Shown: piece by piece, positions 25,647 through 35,040 of the stretch
How the letters are laid out: each line of letters begins with the position of its first letter
Numbering within the stretch: position 1 is the stretch's first letter
Assembly (NCBI GenBank): GCA_043825875.1
Contig: JBDRRF010000028.1
Location: 1-62,489, forward strand
Direction of reading: 5' to 3'
DNA from: Pseudomonadota bacterium
Lineage (GTDB): Bacteria > Desulfobacterota > Desulfobacteria > Desulfobacterales > RPRI01
Length of the DNA: 62,489 nt
Notes under the pieces: generated by a model
Told to the model about the DNA's origin: nothing
What the model saw: only the letters and a program-made list of their open reading frames with translations
The model's database searches: none
Program-made: the position numbers and the translations under genes

Positions 25647-28346
25647 TTAGAGCCTGTCCAGTACCTCCCTCACTTTTCTTGCCAGACTATCTGGTGTAAA
25701 AGGCTTCTGGAGAAAGGGAATCTCTGCATCAAGTACTCCACTATGAACAATGCCGCTATCCGTATAACCCGACATATAAAGTACCTTCAAATCCCTGCAC
25801 ACATCCTGAGCCTTCGCGGCCAGGACTTCTCCACCCATCTCAGGCATTATAATATCGGTCAGCAGCAGATGAATCATTTTTTCTTGCTCCCTTAAGATAC
25901 GCAGGGCTTTTTGACCATCCGGAACGCTTATGACTTGATAGCCAAAACTTTTCAGAGCCTTAAAAGCTACTTTTCTGACCATCTCATCATCTTCAACCAA
26001 CAGGACAGTCTCGGAACCATGAAGTACTTCTTCCCTTGCATCCCCCTCTTTAGGCGATTGAGGAGCTTTTTCACAACTGGGAATATAAATCTTGAAGGTA
26101 GTTCCTTTCCCCGGCTCACTGTAAACCCATATGTAGCCGTTGCTCTGCTTTACAATACCATATGCCGTAGACAGCCCGAGCCCCGTTCCCTTGCTCTTAT
26201 CCTTGGTAGTAAAAAAGGGTTCGAAAACATGAGGCTGCACCTCCCTTGCAATTCCGATCCCTGAGTCGCTCACGGCCAGCATAACGTAAGAACCTGGTAT
26301 CATCGCGTGCGCATCGGTATATTCTTCATCCAGCTCAATGTTTTTTGTCTCGATGGTGAGATTTCCACCCTTCGGCATGGCATCTCTGGCATTGACGACA
26401 AGGTTCATGATCACCTGTTCAATCTGCCCAATATCCGCCTCAACCTGTCCCAGATCAGGGGCCAGATTTGTTATTAGCTTTATATCTTCACCAATTATAC
26501 GGCTAAGCATACTTCCCATTTCATTTACGATCTCGTTGAGATTGATCACTTCAGGTTGAAGAATCTGCTTCCGGCTGAAGGCCAGGAGTTGATTGGTTAA
26601 ACCTGACGCCCTTTGTCCTGCATCTTTGATCTCTCCAACCATTTCATGCTCCGGATGATCTTTTCCTATGCCAATAAGAGCCAATTCGGCATTTCCGATA
26701 ATAGTAGTCAAAAGATTATTAAAATCATGGGCAATGCCAGCAGAAAGCCTGCCGATAGCCTCCAGCTTCTGGGACTGGCGAAGCTGCTCCTGTAAGTTTT
26801 TACTCTCGGTAATGTCTGTATGAACTGAGATAAGAACTTTCCCATATTTTGAATGATCGAACACAGAAGCATTTGCATAACACCAAAATTTCGACCCATC
26901 TTTCCTGATATTTTTCACTTCGCCCTGCCAGCAACCCTTTTCATGTAAAATTGCCATAATATTTTTGGCAGTCTCTTCAGGCTTTATTTCTGCTGAAGCA
27001 TTTACAATTGAAACATGCTTTCCGAGCATTTTTCCTTGTTCATAGCCGAACATTTTTTCAAATATCGAATTCGTATATACAATAATACCATCTTCCATCC
27101 TGACAAGATAGACTGCTTCAGCCAAATTCGTCATGATTTCACTTTGAAACCGCAGTTCCTCCTCCGCCTGCTTGCGCTCGGTTATATCGAAGATATAATG
27201 AACGAACAGATCCTCTGAGAGATCTTCCCATATACCTTCGTACCATATTCCTCTGTACTCGACTTCGACCTTTTGCGATTTCCCGGTCGTCCACAGTTTG
27301 GGTGCAAGACAGAAAGGGCAGTAATCGTCTCGCAAGGCGCATGTCTTGAAGCATGTCTGGCCCGGAACGGCCCCGATCTCACGGGCGTGTCTATTGGAAG
27401 CTACAATTTCACGGGTGCTTTTCTTGAGGATCAATGCAATACAACCTGGAATATTATCAAGCAAAGCCGTTCGCATTTGGAATTCCCTCTCCATATTTTC
27501 TTCCGCCCTCTTGCGCTCGGTGATGTCGTTGAATGTAACAATAAGAATATCTGAGAGGAATGTAGCATAGAGTTCGCAAATGCGTTCAGAACCATCAACA
27601 CAGGTAACCCGGTATTCACCTGTGTTGACAGTCTGGCGCGATTCACGGGCTATTTCTAAAAAAGGTTTCCATCGTTCAATCACTTCACGGCGGTAATCGG
27701 GGTCAGGGTAAGCAATCTGATACCACTCGGATGCTGTAGGCGCGGTATGCCCAAAAAGGATAAGGGCGGAGATACTCCAGAAATGAATTTTATCATCATG
27801 CAAGTCAACAACTGCAATTGGAAATGGGGTAGCATTGAGAATGGTACGCAATTTTCCTTCACTCTCCCGTAGTGCTTCTTCCACATTCTTGCGCTCGGTT
27901 ATTTCTTTTAAAAGTTGCGCATTTTTGCTTTTCAGATTCAATTGCAACCGGTTAATGGATAAATGGGTTTTTACTCTTGCAAGCACTTCTGCTGCATAAA
28001 ATGGTTTATTAATATAATCAACAGCGCCGGCTTGAAACCCTTTGTTTTTTGAACGCTGATCCTCCAAGGCACTGATAAAAATAACCGGAATAGAACTCGT
28101 TTTTTCATCCGCTTTGAGCTTCCGACACACTTCCAAACCATCCATGCCTGGCATCTTGATATCCAGCAAAATGAGCGTCGGCGGTTTGTCTTTCGCGCTG
28201 CGTAGCGCTGTCTCACCATCACTGTTTGTGCGAACTTTGTAGTCGGCATTACTTAGAATATCGGATAACAATTTCAAATTGAATTCCGCGTTATCGACAA
28301 CAAGGATTTCATCACGGGCTGTTAAATCGGGTTCAGTGATATTCAT
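25647..28346 (-). CDS. Hybrid histidine kinase (REC, PAS domains, HisKA, HATPase, REC)
   Basis: LLDIKMPGMDG, AGIAHDFNN, GTGLGLSTAYGI and C-terminal REC. Confidence 0.95.
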   Translation of the reverse strand: MNITEPDLTARDEILVVDNAEFNLKLLSDILSNADYKVRTNSDGETALRSAKDKPPTLILLDIKMPGMDGLEVCRKLKADEKTSSIPVIFISALEDQRSKNKGFQAGAVDYINKPFYAAEVLARVKTHLSINRLQLNLKSKNAQLLKEITERKNVEEALRESEGKLRTILNATPFPIAVVDLHDDKIHFWSISALILFGHTAPTASEWYQIAYPDPDYRREVIERWKPFLEIARESRQTVNTGEYRVTCVDGSERICELYATFLSDILIVTFNDITERKRAEENMEREFQMRTALLDNIPGCIALILKKSTREIVASNRHAREIGAVPGQTCFKTCALRDDYCPFCLAPKLWTTGKSQKVEVEYRGIWYEGIWEDLSEDLFVHYIFDITERKQAEEELRFQSEIMTNLAEAVYLVRMEDGIIVYTNSIFEKMFGYEQGKMLGKHVSIVNASAEIKPEETAKNIMAILHEKGCWQGEVKNIRKDGSKFWCYANASVFDHSKYGKVLISVHTDITESKNLQEQLRQSQKLEAIGRLSAGIAHDFNNLLTTIIGNAELALIGIGKDHPEHEMVGEIKDAGQRASGLTNQLLAFSRKQILQPEVINLNEIVNEMGSMLSRIIGEDIKLITNLAPDLGQVEADIGQIEQVIMNLVVNARDAMPKGGNLTIETKNIELDEEYTDAHAMIPGSYVMLAVSDSGIGIAREVQPHVFEPFFTTKDKSKGTGLGLSTAYGIVKQSNGYIWVYSEPGKGTTFKIYIPSCEKAPQSPKEGDAREEVLHGSETVLLVEDDEMVRKVAFKALKSFGYQVISVPDGQKALRILREQEKMIHLLLTDIIMPEMGGEVLAAKAQDVCRDLKVLYMSGYTDSGIVHSGVLDAEIPFLQKPFTPDSLARKVREVLDRL

Positions 28347-28369
28347 CTGATCTCCTTTGACTTATTATT

Positions 28370-28433
28370 TCACCCATAAGCACTTCATGCAATACTATGC
28401 TCAATGATTGTGTTTCAAACAGCTTGGGTAATA
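28370..28433 (-). pseudogene. 3' remnant of a hybrid kinase receiver domain
   Basis: ILPKLFETQSLSIVLHEVL matches the C-termini of the 30338 and 33057 kinases at both protein and DNA level. Confidence 0.7.
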
Positions 28434-28562
28434 TACACCATGGAGATAATCCCAAATAATAAATTCCAAATTCCAAGCACCAAATTACAATGAAATTCCA
28501 AATTCCAAAAGTGAAAATCCACACACAGAGCGGGTAGCCTCAAAAAGCCCCCCCTACTATTT

Positions 28563-28676
28563 CTCCTCTCCCCTCGCGGGAGAGGGCCAGGGTGAGGGGG
28601 AATAAAAAAATAGTCGTTCATTTACTTCCACTTTTTTCACCCCCACCCTAACCCTCCCCCATCAATGGGGAGGGAA
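28563..28676. repeat. Inverted pair of CCCCTCACCC..CCCTCTCCC-N-GGGAGAGG-type REP-like elements
   Basis: CCTCTCCCCTCGCGGGAGAGGGCCAGGGTGAGGGGG and CCCCCACCTAACCCTCCCCCATCAATGGGGAGGG. Confidence 0.7.
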
Positions 28677-28771
28677 TTTAAAATCAACATTAATTATATT
28701 ATTTCCATTATCACCGGATCGGTGGTATCTATCCGGGCCCTCCACCTGATGTGGAGGGTTTAAATCGATAC

Positions 28772-28822
28772 TAACTGAAAAGTTCTCTCCTCAAGATCAT
28801 ATACAGGTTTATTATCTGTCAG
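28772..28822 (-). pseudogene. Short 5' remnant of a four-helix-bundle gene
   Basis: Translates TDNKPVYDLEERTFQL. DNA matches the 30230-30270 copy. Confidence 0.65.
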
Positions 28823-28864
28823 TTGTGATTTGTTATTTATTTGTTATTTGTGTTTTGTCTTTTG

Positions 28865-30010
28865 TTATTTGCCATTATATATATCAATATCCTGATAATA
28901 CTTTCTCTCACATTCCGGGCAAATACCATGAGTAAATTCAGCTCCGGAATGATCTCTGATGTAGGCTTCGATCTGATTCCAATAACCTTTGTCATCTCTT
29001 ATTTTTTTACAGTGAGAACAGATAGGAAGCATTCCGCTTAACAGCTTTACCTTTTGCAGGTTATCCTTAAGGTCTGTAATCAATTTTTCTTTTTCTTTTT
29101 CCGCCCTCTTGCGCTCAGTGACATCCTGACCGGTCACCAGCAAACCGATAATCTTTCCGTTTTTATCTTTTAAGGTTCGGTCATACCACTCAATATCCCT
29201 TTCGCTTCCATCCTTTAACAGTATTGAGCTAACAATACCCTTGGTCCGGATATCTCCAACAGCTTTTTTAAAAAGCACTCTGATGTTGTCACGCTCTCTT
29301 GCTGGAATAAATGTAGAAAACCATTCTTTTCCTTTTATCTCATCAAGCCGATAACCTGATAATTCCTCCATAAAAGTATTAATGCTGATGATATAACCGC
29401 CAAGGTCCAGAACTACGATTATTGTCTGGGCAGTGTTAAGGATGTTTTTCGAAAATTCATGTTCCTTATAAAGAGCCTCATCTGCCCTCTTGTGTTCGAC
29501 AATTTCCCATCCAACATCGGCCAGAAAGGATACCTTTTCAACATCATCTTCGGTATAATCGGCAGGCTTATTGCCTACCCCAAGAATGGCCATGATCCGA
29601 TCGTCTCTCATTACGGGTACAACCAGCTCCCGGATAATTGCCGCATGTCCCGGAGGCAAACCTTTCCGGTGCGGCAATGAAGCATAATCGTTATGAATCA
29701 CCGGCCGCCGTTGATGTACGCAGTCTACCCATACTCCGGCCCGGTCGATTTCGTAATGTGTTCCTTTCCCTTCCGCCTTACAAAACTCATTTACCGTTCG
29801 CGTTGACCATGCCTGGAGTGAAAGGGTCTTTTGGTCACTCTCTACAAAGTGAAAAAAACCGATGGGACTTTCGGTTAATTTACCAACTTCGTCCATTGTT
29901 TTCTGAATCAGTTCTTCAAGAGAATGAGATATCGCGAATTCGAATAAACGAAGACGGATACGAATAAAATCCCTTGTCTTTGAACTGGGCTTTGATTTTG
30001 CTTGTTCCAT
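28865..30010 (-). CDS. GAF-PAS protein with C-terminal CxxC...CxxC domain, no kinase
   Basis: GAF (WVDCVHQRRPVIHNDY), PAS, and LPICSHCKKIRDDKGYW...THGICPEC. Confidence 0.88.
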   Translation of the reverse strand: MEQAKSKPSSKTRDFIRIRLRLFEFAISHSLEELIQKTMDEVGKLTESPIGFFHFVESDQKTLSLQAWSTRTVNEFCKAEGKGTHYEIDRAGVWVDCVHQRRPVIHNDYASLPHRKGLPPGHAAIIRELVVPVMRDDRIMAILGVGNKPADYTEDDVEKVSFLADVGWEIVEHKRADEALYKEHEFSKNILNTAQTIIVVLDLGGYIISINTFMEELSGYRLDEIKGKEWFSTFIPARERDNIRVLFKKAVGDIRTKGIVSSILLKDGSERDIEWYDRTLKDKNGKIIGLLVTGQDVTERKRAEKEKEKLITDLKDNLQKVKLLSGMLPICSHCKKIRDDKGYWNQIEAYIRDHSGAEFTHGICPECERKYYQDIDIYNGK

Positions 30011-30079
30011 TATGCATTACCTCAGATATAATTTTGCTCGATTTTGCAAATCGTTTTCATTTAATCTTGGCAGTAATAA

Positions 30080-30350
30080 AATTATAAATCCCAAGCACCA
30101 AATAACAATTAAATTCCAAACTACAAATGACAAAGAAATACCAAAAAAACAATGACTGTAACTATTTGATTTTTCAGTTTTATTGTATTTGGCAACGTTT
30201 TAACAAAAAGCCGGACAGCTTTCGCAAATTGGAAAGTTCTCTCCTCAAGATCATATATAGGTTTGTTCTTTGTCATTTTGTTATTTGTGATTTTTTTGCG
30301 ATTTGTATTTTGTTATTTGTTTGTTTTTTGAAATTTGTTATTTGTTATTT
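30080..30350. repeat. Inverted heptamer arrays around a four-helix-bundle remnant
   Basis: AAATAAC/AAATTCC/AAATGAC units to the left, ATTTGTT/ATTTGTG units to the right. Confidence 0.75.
30162..30276 (-). pseudogene. Internally deleted four-helix-bundle gene
   Basis: ATG 30276: MTKNKPIYDLEERTFQFAKAVRLFVKTLPNTI, then GAAAAATCAAATAG. ~110-bp direct repeat with 25400-25510. Confidence 0.78.
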
Positions 30351-32800
30351 TCTTCTTTCAGTACTTCATGCAATACTTTGCTCAATAATTGTGTTTCAAA
30401 CGGTTTGGGGAACACCCCCTTAAACCCGTATTCCTTAAAATTTGCCAGGACCGGATCAACGGAGTAACCGCTGGAGACGATAGCTTTAACTTCAGGATCT
30501 ATCTCCAGCAATTTTTCAATCGCCTCCTTCCCGCCCATTCCGCCGGGAACAGTTAAATCCAGGATAACGGCATCATAAGGCTTCTTGGATTCTTTTGCTT
30601 CTTTAAACATCTCAATCGCTTCAACACCATCTTTTGCAAATTCGGGTTCGTAACCCAATTTTTGCAACACTCTCCCAAACGTTCTCCTTAACGACGCTTC
30701 GTCATCCATCACCAGAATCCTGCCATGGCCGGTTATAAGTTGAACATCTTCTTTTTCTGAGACTGTTTTATCGGAAGCAGGTAAATAGATATAAAATGTT
30801 GTACCAACCCCTAATTGGGATTCCACAGTAATATGCCCATCGTGCTTTTTGATGATGGAATAAGTCGTAGCAAGCCCAAGGCCGTTTCCTTTCTGCTTTG
30901 TGGTAAAATAAGGATCAAAAACATTTGAAATATGCTTTTCAGCTATACCTATTCCCTGATCCTTAATTGATATACTGATGTATCTGCCCGTCTTCAAAGG
31001 CAGTTCGTGTCGATCATCTATTATCAGATTTTCTGCTGCAATCTGAATTATTCCACCCTCCGGCATGGCCTGGTTTGCATTAATGACAATATTATTGATG
31101 ACCTGACTGATCTGCCCGATATCAATTTCTGCCGGCCAGAGGTTTTCTGCTATCGAAAACTCGCAAGCTGATTTTGAACCCCGCAGCACAAAGAGCGAAG
31201 ATTCTTCTATAATTTCTTTGATTGAGGCAATCTCTTTTAACGGCACCCCACCCTTAGCAAAGGTCAATAACTGCCTGGTTAGTGCCTGAGCCCTTACAGA
31301 AGCCATCTCTGCTTCACTTAACAACTCAAAGATCTCATCATCAGACTTTGACTGCATTTTAGCAATGGCAATACTGCCGATAATCGTGGTCAGGATATTG
31401 TTAAAATCGTGGGCGATACCTCCTGCCAGCACCCCAACGGATTCAAGTTTCCGGGAGGTTAACAGTTCCTCTTCCATTTTCTTACGCTCGGTAATATCAT
31501 GTACAATGGCTATCAGATATTGTTCGCCCTCAATTTCAAAACATTCAATCGACAAAAGAGTATGCCGGACTTCGCCTGTCTTACGCCATAAATCTATTTC
31601 GTAATTACGCAGCGAGCCTGTTTCCTGTAATTTTTGCATTGCTTTTTTGCGATTTGCCGGATCTCCCCAGATACCAATTGAAACCGAAGTTTTACCAACC
31701 GCTTCGGCCCGGCTGTGGCCAAAGGTCTCTATCCAGGTTTGGTTAACCTCCATAATTGTGCCGTCTGCCATCCTGCTGATCGTCATGGGATTGGGGCTGG
31801 CACGAAACGCTTTGGAAAAGCGTTCTTTTTCAACGTGCAGCGCCTCTTCTATTTTCTTACGCTCGGTGATATCGTTATATACTATTATCACCCCAAAGGG
31901 TTCTATCGGAATGGGAGCAGCAGTTACATTGAGCCAGATGACATCCCCATCTCCCCTGATAACGCCCATTTCAATATTTTCAACCAAACGCTTTTCTTTC
32001 AGGGCTCTAACGCTTGGATACTCATTTCCAGGCATGGTGGAGCCGTCCGGCCGGATGATATGCCATTCGCTGTCATAAATTTTTTTATTAATATTATCTT
32101 CCAGTGGCAATTTTAACAGCCGCTCTGCCTCCTTATTACTTTCCAAAATCATTCCATCTTTATCCGATATAGTAACTCCTATAGGCAATGATGCGAATAG
32201 AGTTTGATATTTTATCAGATTTGCCTTAAGCTCTTTTACTGCTTGCTTGCGCACTTCTATTTCCTCTGAAAGATTATCGTTTGCTTTTTTGAGTTCAGAC
32301 GTGCGTTCTTCTACTATTTTTTCAAGCAGCAGTTTTGATTCTTTCAGGACATCGTTGCTACGACGATTTTCAAATATCAGCGCCACATGGTTTGCAAGAT
32401 TTTCCATATATGGTTTATATTTATAAAATTCACTGCTTTCATCATAATTTATCAGGAAATATCCATAACGATTTGATTCGGTTTGAAGGGAGATACAACA
32501 AATGTTTTTTTCCTTATCCCATAAACATGAATGATTCAGAAATACACTTTCCGGATTCGATGGATATTGACAAAATGCACAAGGACTTTCGTTTATTGCG
32601 TGTGAGCCGTCTCGTTTATTAAACAATTTGGAATGTTCGTCTAACTTGCCATTGATACACATCCATACTGAACATATGCCGGGAACAGCGTTTATTCCAT
32701 GACATACATACTCTGAAAGGCTTTTGTCATTCGACATCACATGCATGGTGTTCTGAATCAGAAGAAATTTGCCAAGAATTTTGGAATCAATATCAGCCAT
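30338..32800 (-). CDS. Hybrid histidine kinase (GAF-like, 2 PAS, HisKA, HATPase, REC)
   Basis: GGIAHDFNN, GNGLGLATTYSI, LVMDDE and ILDLT. Confidence 0.95.
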   Translation of the reverse strand: MADIDSKILGKFLLIQNTMHVMSNDKSLSEYVCHGINAVPGICSVWMCINGKLDEHSKLFNKRDGSHAINESPCAFCQYPSNPESVFLNHSCLWDKEKNICCISLQTESNRYGYFLINYDESSEFYKYKPYMENLANHVALIFENRRSNDVLKESKLLLEKIVEERTSELKKANDNLSEEIEVRKQAVKELKANLIKYQTLFASLPIGVTISDKDGMILESNKEAERLLKLPLEDNINKKIYDSEWHIIRPDGSTMPGNEYPSVRALKEKRLVENIEMGVIRGDGDVIWLNVTAAPIPIEPFGVIIVYNDITERKKIEEALHVEKERFSKAFRASPNPMTISRMADGTIMEVNQTWIETFGHSRAEAVGKTSVSIGIWGDPANRKKAMQKLQETGSLRNYEIDLWRKTGEVRHTLLSIECFEIEGEQYLIAIVHDITERKKMEEELLTSRKLESVGVLAGGIAHDFNNILTTIIGSIAIAKMQSKSDDEIFELLSEAEMASVRAQALTRQLLTFAKGGVPLKEIASIKEIIEESSLFVLRGSKSACEFSIAENLWPAEIDIGQISQVINNIVINANQAMPEGGIIQIAAENLIIDDRHELPLKTGRYISISIKDQGIGIAEKHISNVFDPYFTTKQKGNGLGLATTYSIIKKHDGHITVESQLGVGTTFYIYLPASDKTVSEKEDVQLITGHGRILVMDDEASLRRTFGRVLQKLGYEPEFAKDGVEAIEMFKEAKESKKPYDAVILDLTVPGGMGGKEAIEKLLEIDPEVKAIVSSGYSVDPVLANFKEYGFKGVFPKPFETQLLSKVLHEVLKEENNK

Positions 32801-32803
32801 AGA

Positions 32804-32986
32804 TCAACCACCAAACCTTTCCCTGAATGATAGCAGGAATTCCTCCGGTTCAATAAAAATTGGTAAACCCCGCTTCATATTCCATAAGTTCCAGAATACT
32901 TGTTTACCTCTTAGCGCCCAGGTCATTTCAGCAGTCCCTCTTGTACCCGTAAATCCCAAAGAAATCTGTCTGCGTGAAGTTTCCAT
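32804..32986 (-). CDS. Short hypothetical ORF or gene remnant
   Basis: Fills the gap between two kinases, has a purine-rich leader and ends 3 nt before the next ATG. No recognisable motif. Confidence 0.3.
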   Translation of the reverse strand: METSRRQISLGFTGTRGTAEMTWALRGKQVFWNLWNMKRGLPIFIEPEEFLLSFRERFGG

Positions 32987-33056
32987 ACCTTCTTCCTTTT
33001 GCTTTAAAGATTTCTATCAATCTTAATCCAATACCCTTGGTCATCAATCAATATTT

Positions 33057-34748
33057 TCACCCATTAAGTACTTCGTTCAATACTTTGCTCAATGATTGTG
33101 ATCCAAACGGTTTGGGCAACATCCCCTTGAAACCGTATTTCTTAAAATTTGCCATAACCGGATCATCGGAGTAACCGCTGTAGACGATAGCTTTTACTTC
33201 AGGATCTATTTCCAGTAATTTCTTAATCGCCTCCTTTCCTCCCATTCCACCCGGGATGGTTAAATCCAGGATAACTGCATCGTAAGGCTTTTTCCTTTCT
33301 TTAGCATCTTTGTACATCCCAATCGCTTCAGCACCGTTTTTTGCAAATTCAGGTTCGTAACCCAATATCTCCAGAATTCCCCCGACCGTTTTTCTTAACG
33401 ACACATCATCATCCATCACCAGAATCCTGCCATGGCCGGTTATAATCTGGTCCTCTTCTTTTTCAGGAACTGCTTTGTCTGTTGCAGGAAGGTAGATATT
33501 AAATGTTGAACCAAACCCTACTTTGGATTCCACGATAATGTGCCCGGCGTGCTTCTTGATGATGGAATAGGTCGTGGCAAGCCCAAGGCCGCTTCCTTTC
33601 TGTTTTGTAGTAAAATATGGGTCGAATATTTTTGAAATATACTTTTCCTCTATACCTACTCCTTGGTCTTTAATGGATATCCTGATGTATCTGCCAGGCG
33701 TAAGAGGCAGTCCCTGTCTATCATCTATTATCAGATTCTCTGCTGCAATCTTAATGATCCCCCCCTCCGGCATGGCCTGGTTTGCATTGATCGCAATATT
33801 GTTAATGGCCTGACTAATCTGCCCAACGTCAGCCTCAACCGGCCAGAGGTCTTCCGGTATAATAAATTTGCAGCCGGATTTAGAACCTCGCAATACAAAG
33901 ACTGAAGATTCTTCTATAATGTTTTTGATCGAGGCAATCTCTTTTAACGGGGTGCCCCCCTTGGCAAAGGTCAATAGCTGCCTGGTAAGTGTTTGAGCCC
34001 TTACAGAAGCTGCCTCAGCTTCACTTAATAACTCAAAAAGCTTATCATCAGGCTTTGTCTTCATTCTGGCCAAGGCAATCGTGCCGATAATCGTGGTCAG
34101 GATATTGTTAAAATCGTGAGCGATACCCCCTGCCAGCACCCCAACGGATTCAAGTTTCTGGACCTTGAAAAGCTCTTCATCCATTTTTTTGCGCTCGGTG
34201 ATATCGCTTACCGCAACTCTGATATATCTTAAATTATCATCCTGGTTTCTTATGAATATGCATTCTATACGGACATAAATATCGTGATCATCTTTTTTCA
34301 CAAGCCGCAGCTCACAGGTCTGGGATGTCTCTGTTTCTAAAAGAAGCTGCCGATGGGTATAAAAAATATCCTGATCTTCTCGCTTAACAAAGCGGCTGAA
34401 GAGCTTTCCAATCACGGCACTCCGTTCTAACCCTAGCATGGAAGAGATGGTGAGATTGGCCTCCTCGACGATCCCCTTTTCACTCAATGTACAATAACCG
34501 ACCGGTGCAAAGTCATACAGATTAGTATACTTGTCACGAGTCTTTTCAAGTTCACCATGAATGCGGCGGAGTTCATCGTTCTGCATTTTTAACTCAATCT
34601 GATGAACTTCAAGCTCGTGGATGAGGCTTGCAATCTTATCGGGTGAAAGGCCTGAAATATCCTCACTGCCACTTGGCGCTTCTTTCAGTTTTATCTCGGC
34701 TTGTCGCCTAAGTTCAGAATTATCATTTGCATCTTTACTCGTTGCCAT
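33057..34748 (-). CDS. Hybrid histidine kinase (coiled coil, PAS, HisKA, HATPase, REC)
   Basis: N-terminal LIHELEVHQIELKMQNDELR, GGIAHDFNN and REC. Confidence 0.95.
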   Translation of the reverse strand: MATSKDANDNSELRRQAEIKLKEAPSGSEDISGLSPDKIASLIHELEVHQIELKMQNDELRRIHGELEKTRDKYTNLYDFAPVGYCTLSEKGIVEEANLTISSMLGLERSAVIGKLFSRFVKREDQDIFYTHRQLLLETETSQTCELRLVKKDDHDIYVRIECIFIRNQDDNLRYIRVAVSDITERKKMDEELFKVQKLESVGVLAGGIAHDFNNILTTIIGTIALARMKTKPDDKLFELLSEAEAASVRAQTLTRQLLTFAKGGTPLKEIASIKNIIEESSVFVLRGSKSGCKFIIPEDLWPVEADVGQISQAINNIAINANQAMPEGGIIKIAAENLIIDDRQGLPLTPGRYIRISIKDQGVGIEEKYISKIFDPYFTTKQKGSGLGLATTYSIIKKHAGHIIVESKVGFGSTFNIYLPATDKAVPEKEEDQIITGHGRILVMDDDVSLRKTVGGILEILGYEPEFAKNGAEAIGMYKDAKERKKPYDAVILDLTIPGGMGGKEAIKKLLEIDPEVKAIVYSGYSDDPVMANFKKYGFKGMLPKPFGSQSLSKVLNEVLNG

Positions 34749-34764
34749 AATTTCAACCCCTTTG

Positions 34765-35040
34765 GATTTGTGATTGGTGCTTTAAGATTTATGATTGTTG
34801 ATTTGTGATTGTTGATTGTTTTTGGATTGATGATTGTTGATTGTTGATTGTTGATTGTTTTTGGATTTATGATTGTTGATTGTTGATTTGTGATTGTTCA
34901 AAAGGTTGTTCTTGTCTTTTCCGTTTTTCCAATCAACAATCGCAAATCGCAAATCTTCAATCTTAAATCAACAATCAACAATCGCAAATCGTCAATCACC
35001 AATCACCAATCGCAAATCACCAATCCCCAATCCCTCAATC
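34765..35040. repeat. Inverted GATTNNN / AATCNNN heptamer arrays with ~30-bp spacer
   Basis: GATTGTT/GATTTGT units at 34765-34898, spacer AAAAGGTTGTTCTTGTCTTTTCCGTTTTTC, and AATCAAC/AATCGCA/AATCACC units at 34930-35040. Confidence 0.85.

Larger units (their letters stand above)
28445..28870. repeat. Inverted heptamer arrays enclosing REP-like hairpins and a four-helix-bundle remnant
   Basis: AAATTCC/AAATAAT units at 28450-28520 and ATTTGTT units at 28825-28870. Confidence 0.7.
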
